A program made the position numbers and the translations under genes. DNA of 64,000 bases from the NCBI GenBank assembly GCA_905178155.1, contig CAJINV010000003.1, forward strand, positions 8,538,799-8,602,798, written 5' to 3'. The notes below the pieces were generated by a model, which saw nothing but the letters and a program-made list of their open reading frames with translations, was not told the origin of the DNA and ran no database searches. The first letter of the stretch is position 1, and the number at the start of each line of letters is the position of its first letter. Shown one piece after another: positions 62,001 to 64,000 of this stretch. The stretch comes from Amoebophrya sp. A120. Its lineage: Eukaryota; Protista; Dinoflagellata.

Positions 62001-63907
62001 GCGGAGCCGCAGCCGAGGAGAACCCAGCACAGAGAGCGGATGAACCTCGGAACAGGAGGGCCAGCCGACGAGCGCCAAAGAGGCGACAGCGCGGAAGTAA
62101 GATGTTAAATCGCAATTATAGAAGGCGTTGCGGAAGCCGCAAGGCAACGTCACAAGCGTGACGCGAATAGCAACAAAATGCTGCAGTAGCCAAAGCTGGC
62201 TAGTGTCACAAGCGTGACGTCACAAGCGTGACGTCACAAGCGTGACAAAAACTAGCAACAAAGATGTTGCAGGAGCCAAAGGAGCTGGCGGGCCAAAGCT
62301 GCCGGTGTCACAAGCGTGGCGTCACAAGCGTGACATGAGTAGGCAAAACTGCCAAGCGAGCAAAGCTGCTCAATAGCTGCGAAAAAAGCAGGAAAATCAA
62401 AAAGCTTTGACCTTCCATCGCGCGCCCGCTGCCCGATTCATGCATGTATTGGATCCAGCTAACTAAATAGCTCCCGCGCCAAGGCTCGAGCGACGCTCAC
62501 AGGCTCGTTTACTCTTTCCTTGCTGCGTATGCATTTTAAAAAGGGCATGTGCTTGGGTGGGACATAACACGGGCGTTTTGGGGGGGGTGGGGGGCGAGTT
62601 CATTGGCGTACGTCCGAGTTGATGTCGTAGTGCTTCGTCTTTGCCACTTTGGTGCGGCTGTCGCCGTCATTGTAGTTGCCAGATAGTTTGTTCTGCGTTT
62701 CGACATTGTCGGGCTCTATTGCCTTGACGCGGGGGTACAGACGGTTTTCGTCGTAGGCCTATGGGGGGAAAGCTGGGAAATGTTTCGCACCTATATCGTG
62801 CTAGCTCGCACGGCAGACCGTGCTAGGTATTACGAGATAGGCATGAAGCGCTTGCACTACTTTATTTTTCGTTGATACGTAACTGCGGTCCGCTGGAAAT
62901 GGTACGTGGCTGTCGCCACTATCGCCGAGCGGTGTGATGCCGTGTGCCTCTCTGCTCGCGAAATTACGGACGACGTGGCTGCAATACTGCTTGAGTTCGG
63001 CGTTGGGACATGTGCGGATGTCAGTTTTGCGCACGTACGTGCGTGCGAAGCGACTTTGTGAGATTGGCGCTTGCGCGCGCGCCGAGATTTTTGCGAGGAG
63101 AGCGCATGCATGCTTCCTGTTTTGGAAAGTGCGCGCTCGCGCGAAGAGTCTGTCCGGAGCGCACGCCACGCGTGCAACACTTAGTCTGCGATCGGGCGCA
63201 CGATCCTGCGATCTTGCACGTTTGCGATCGCAAGCGCGCACGGGAGCTCTGTTCGGACCGCGCGCGCGCGCAAGGCTTGGTCTGCGGTCGCACGCTCGAT
63301 CCTGCGATCTCGCGACCTTGATTGCGACTGCAAGATCGCAAGCGCGCGCGCAAGGCTTGGCTTGCGATCGCCGCGTGCGCGCGGGCCTACGACTTTGCGA
63401 TCGCGCAAACGTCTGCGCGTGCGCGTTCGCGCGCAAGCGCAAATCGCGCAAAGTTGCACGCACGCACTAGCACGCACGCAAAACTCACAGGACATCCAAA
63501 TTTTTTTGGGGCATACAAAAATTTTCCGGTGTCAAAATTTCATAATCGGGCAGTTCCAGTTCCTGTGGCCCTTTGCGCTCCTTGAAGACATATGTGTAGC
63601 CATCTATCATACGGTACCCGGTTTGTTGCCTTTTATCATCCTCCTGGTCCTGACCACCACCACCCATCCTGCGTCGATCTGTAACTACCTGCGACAGAGA
63701 ACCACTTTGCTCGACCCAACGGTCGCCGCTCTGAGTTTCCACTGCATCTGGAAGCTGGCTCTGCCAAGCGGTATAGAAGCCTGTGCCACTCAACAAAGTT
63801 CCGCCGAGAATCAATCGGTGGCTGTCGTCGACTTTTTGTTCTTGCGCATCCGGGTGGAGCCAGCCCTTGCCCTCATCTATGAATGGACAAGTTGATGTTC
63901 GCGACAT
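50053..63907 (-). CDS. Large orphan gene or pseudogene hosting the YR retroelement and three further insertions; structure partly inferred
   Basis: ORF blocks 63546-63907, 62612-62759, 59683-60544, 52220-52569 and 50053-51299. In-frame joins DINSD-AHRDQ and GADKI-TVVGEQ are clear. Two other joins leave an in-frame TAG. Confidence 0.55.
51491..52201 (-). mobile_element. 711-bp introner-like insertion
   Basis: Arms ttattgaaaa / ttttcaatat (9 of 10 inverted match). Confidence 0.5.
52600..52631 (+). other. Internal complementary region (ICR)-like copy of the element's end-to-end junction
   Basis: TGATAAAGA-TC-ATCATTAGGTCGAACACATCC versus the minus-strand junction TGATAAAGA-AT-ATCATTAGGTAGACCAGATCC: 27 of 32 identical, same spacing. 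Confidence 0.8.
53144..55597 (-). CDS. Reverse transcriptase + RNase H (DIRS-like pol)
   Basis: RT motifs RLCIDLRRHN, KDVESYYYNF, VFG and YIDD. RNase H motifs VYGDAS, IAFFETL, HHVDN and WIASARNLSDPLTR. No DDE integrase, protease or methyltransferase seen. Confidence 0.92.
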   Translation of the reverse strand: MRVVYLEVYLSRMGAEDHSRPGNPLGAVVQRDTARTYGRRDVLPDFFLPVIDEVKSSSADEINVATQRLAGWLLQVHSDSAQENGALLAQMSADVRFVYKDKQWAFFLRLLARACDVASLSPERRRKVLGLREKIVAGFKTDEDIDPSGLWVSVADDIGLPHRDEAQEQKRAEIFSAEEARKIPADTWAEPGDIKEMQRQAAKMLATGKWVKVEQAKSRPAVCFPVKQKNRARLCIDLRRHNACVKVRERMRLLGGRASCEIVTRLASSNVRPVTLFQCKRDVTQDIFDERTFLKEVRDAGVAGRPCYEPAPPSVFEDDPDLEMLERDVASSFIPASETKDVESYYYNFAVADRTKSVFVVPRLTAEEEEAFASGLVPQKRKTAARRWDVIESLVTVFGSIVSVYEDVACSGAIMLVLVCILRKLAPVYIDDIHLMDRVKSMPHSSALVDLFLSLCGFPQQAAKQDRNYLPSGGERDIQQRSLVALGLAYTRSRCEQYLSVAPAAEKVAHLQELLSGLLGAIRRRGATREAVETVRGLFQHCAQLDAGAVGVVRGLDVWRSDKLSRRIKDPRERRQLLETVLLLQLQAGSLRPKIIRKGFPSRVIHVYGDASLDDFTKAKPSRPGRYCTRARGIYIGALMLNADHSRGHGFTFHVQELPSWVAHLKPDIAFFETLCAHVAHLFFAADLAPGDALVVHHVDNAAECYSIVKGSCGNFASQILLHQLHKDTAGRDICWAWIASARNLSDPLTRLEKIAALQQALPTSVQELEPGRIPWLVYKGAREMLESTGRRQHLADKQRARHAAKKRKCEPVHPKG
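56370..57177 (-). pseudogene. Gag-like protein with C-terminal CCCH zinc finger, frameshifted by a 4-bp duplication
   Basis: The ORF ends CELYLKGSCSYGGSC-LQA*. Deleting one copy of gcag-gcag (56475-56482) gives C-x7-C-x5-C-x3-H (CELYLKGSCSYGGSCKLKH), continuing to a stop at 56370. Confidence 0.8.
57492..58755 (-). CDS. Tyrosine recombinase (DIRS-like); 5' part frameshifted by a 22-bp tandem duplication
   Basis: QRPDEF (R), SKSKVDQ (K), CPVHA, YSFRVGGASAAA, GRW and LRYEG (Y). Deleting one 22-mer at 58488-58531 fuses the upstream MDADYL... ORF in frame. Confidence 0.9.
58906..59682 (-). mobile_element. Second, head-to-tail copy of the YR element, collapsed at an assembly gap (N at 59587)
   Basis: 58906-59586 repeats 52573-53253 with at least 3 substitutions. 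59588-59682 repeats 58808-58902. Confidence 0.75.
60548..62611 (-). mobile_element. 2064-bp TIR element with GTC direct repeat; reads GT...AG on the minus strand
   Basis: gtc|ctactccgatgaactcgccccccacccccaaaac ... gttttggggggggtggggggcgagttcattggcgtac|gtc. Removal joins DINSD-AHRDQ in frame. Confidence 0.85.
62149..62334. repeat. Six copies of the quasi-palindromic 14-mer GTCACAAGCGTGAC
   Basis: Copies at 62149, 62205, 62219, 62233, 62307 (1 mismatch) and 62321. Confidence 0.85.
62793..63545 (-). other. Intron/insertion rich in GCGC and TGCGATC repeats
   Basis: Separates ORF blocks. Arms atatcg / tcataa. Low-complexity gcgcgc and tgcgatc array at 63060-63480. Confidence 0.5.
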
Positions 63908-64000
63908 ATTGGCGAGAGGAATAAATCCGGGTTAGGTGCTGAATATATTCAGCGAAGGTGATGAATAAATTACGGCCGCCACCGCAATCTGTTCATCACC

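Noticed and set aside
1480-63907. Genome-wide stop-codon reassignment
   Set aside because: PSMA2, pol, YR and the 1475-codon gene read without internal stops in the standard code. Only two TAGs in one uncertain reconstruction hint otherwise.

Overview
Eukaryotic, intron-rich genomic DNA in which every recognisable gene is on the minus strand. The unidirectional gene cluster and the many non-GT-AG introns bounded by short inverted repeats suggest a parasitic dinoflagellate such as Amoebophrya (inference). Recognisable host genes are a 10-exon proteasome alpha-2 subunit (manual reconstruction gives 238 aa), an amino-acid transporter (AAAP/SLC38-like), a multi-cold-shock-domain protein, a Pro-rich protein and two large orphan genes broken by insertions of 0.27-7 kb. 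The insertions follow one rule: inverted arms (usually N-TAT(C/T)...(G/A)ATA-N) plus a 3-nt spacer at the 3' side, and removing them restores the reading frame. The main finding is a 6.3-kb tyrosine-recombinase retroelement (52573-58902, followed by a gapped second copy ending at 59682). It has the order YR-Gag(CCCH)-RT/RNase H, termini TTATCA...TGATAT matching the intron arms, a 3-nt spacer at its junctions and an internal copy of its end-to-end junction, and it sits in sense and in frame within a host ORF. It is a candidate autonomous mobiliser of the non-canonical introns and may itself be spliced. All junctions were worked out by hand and splicing is not demonstrated.
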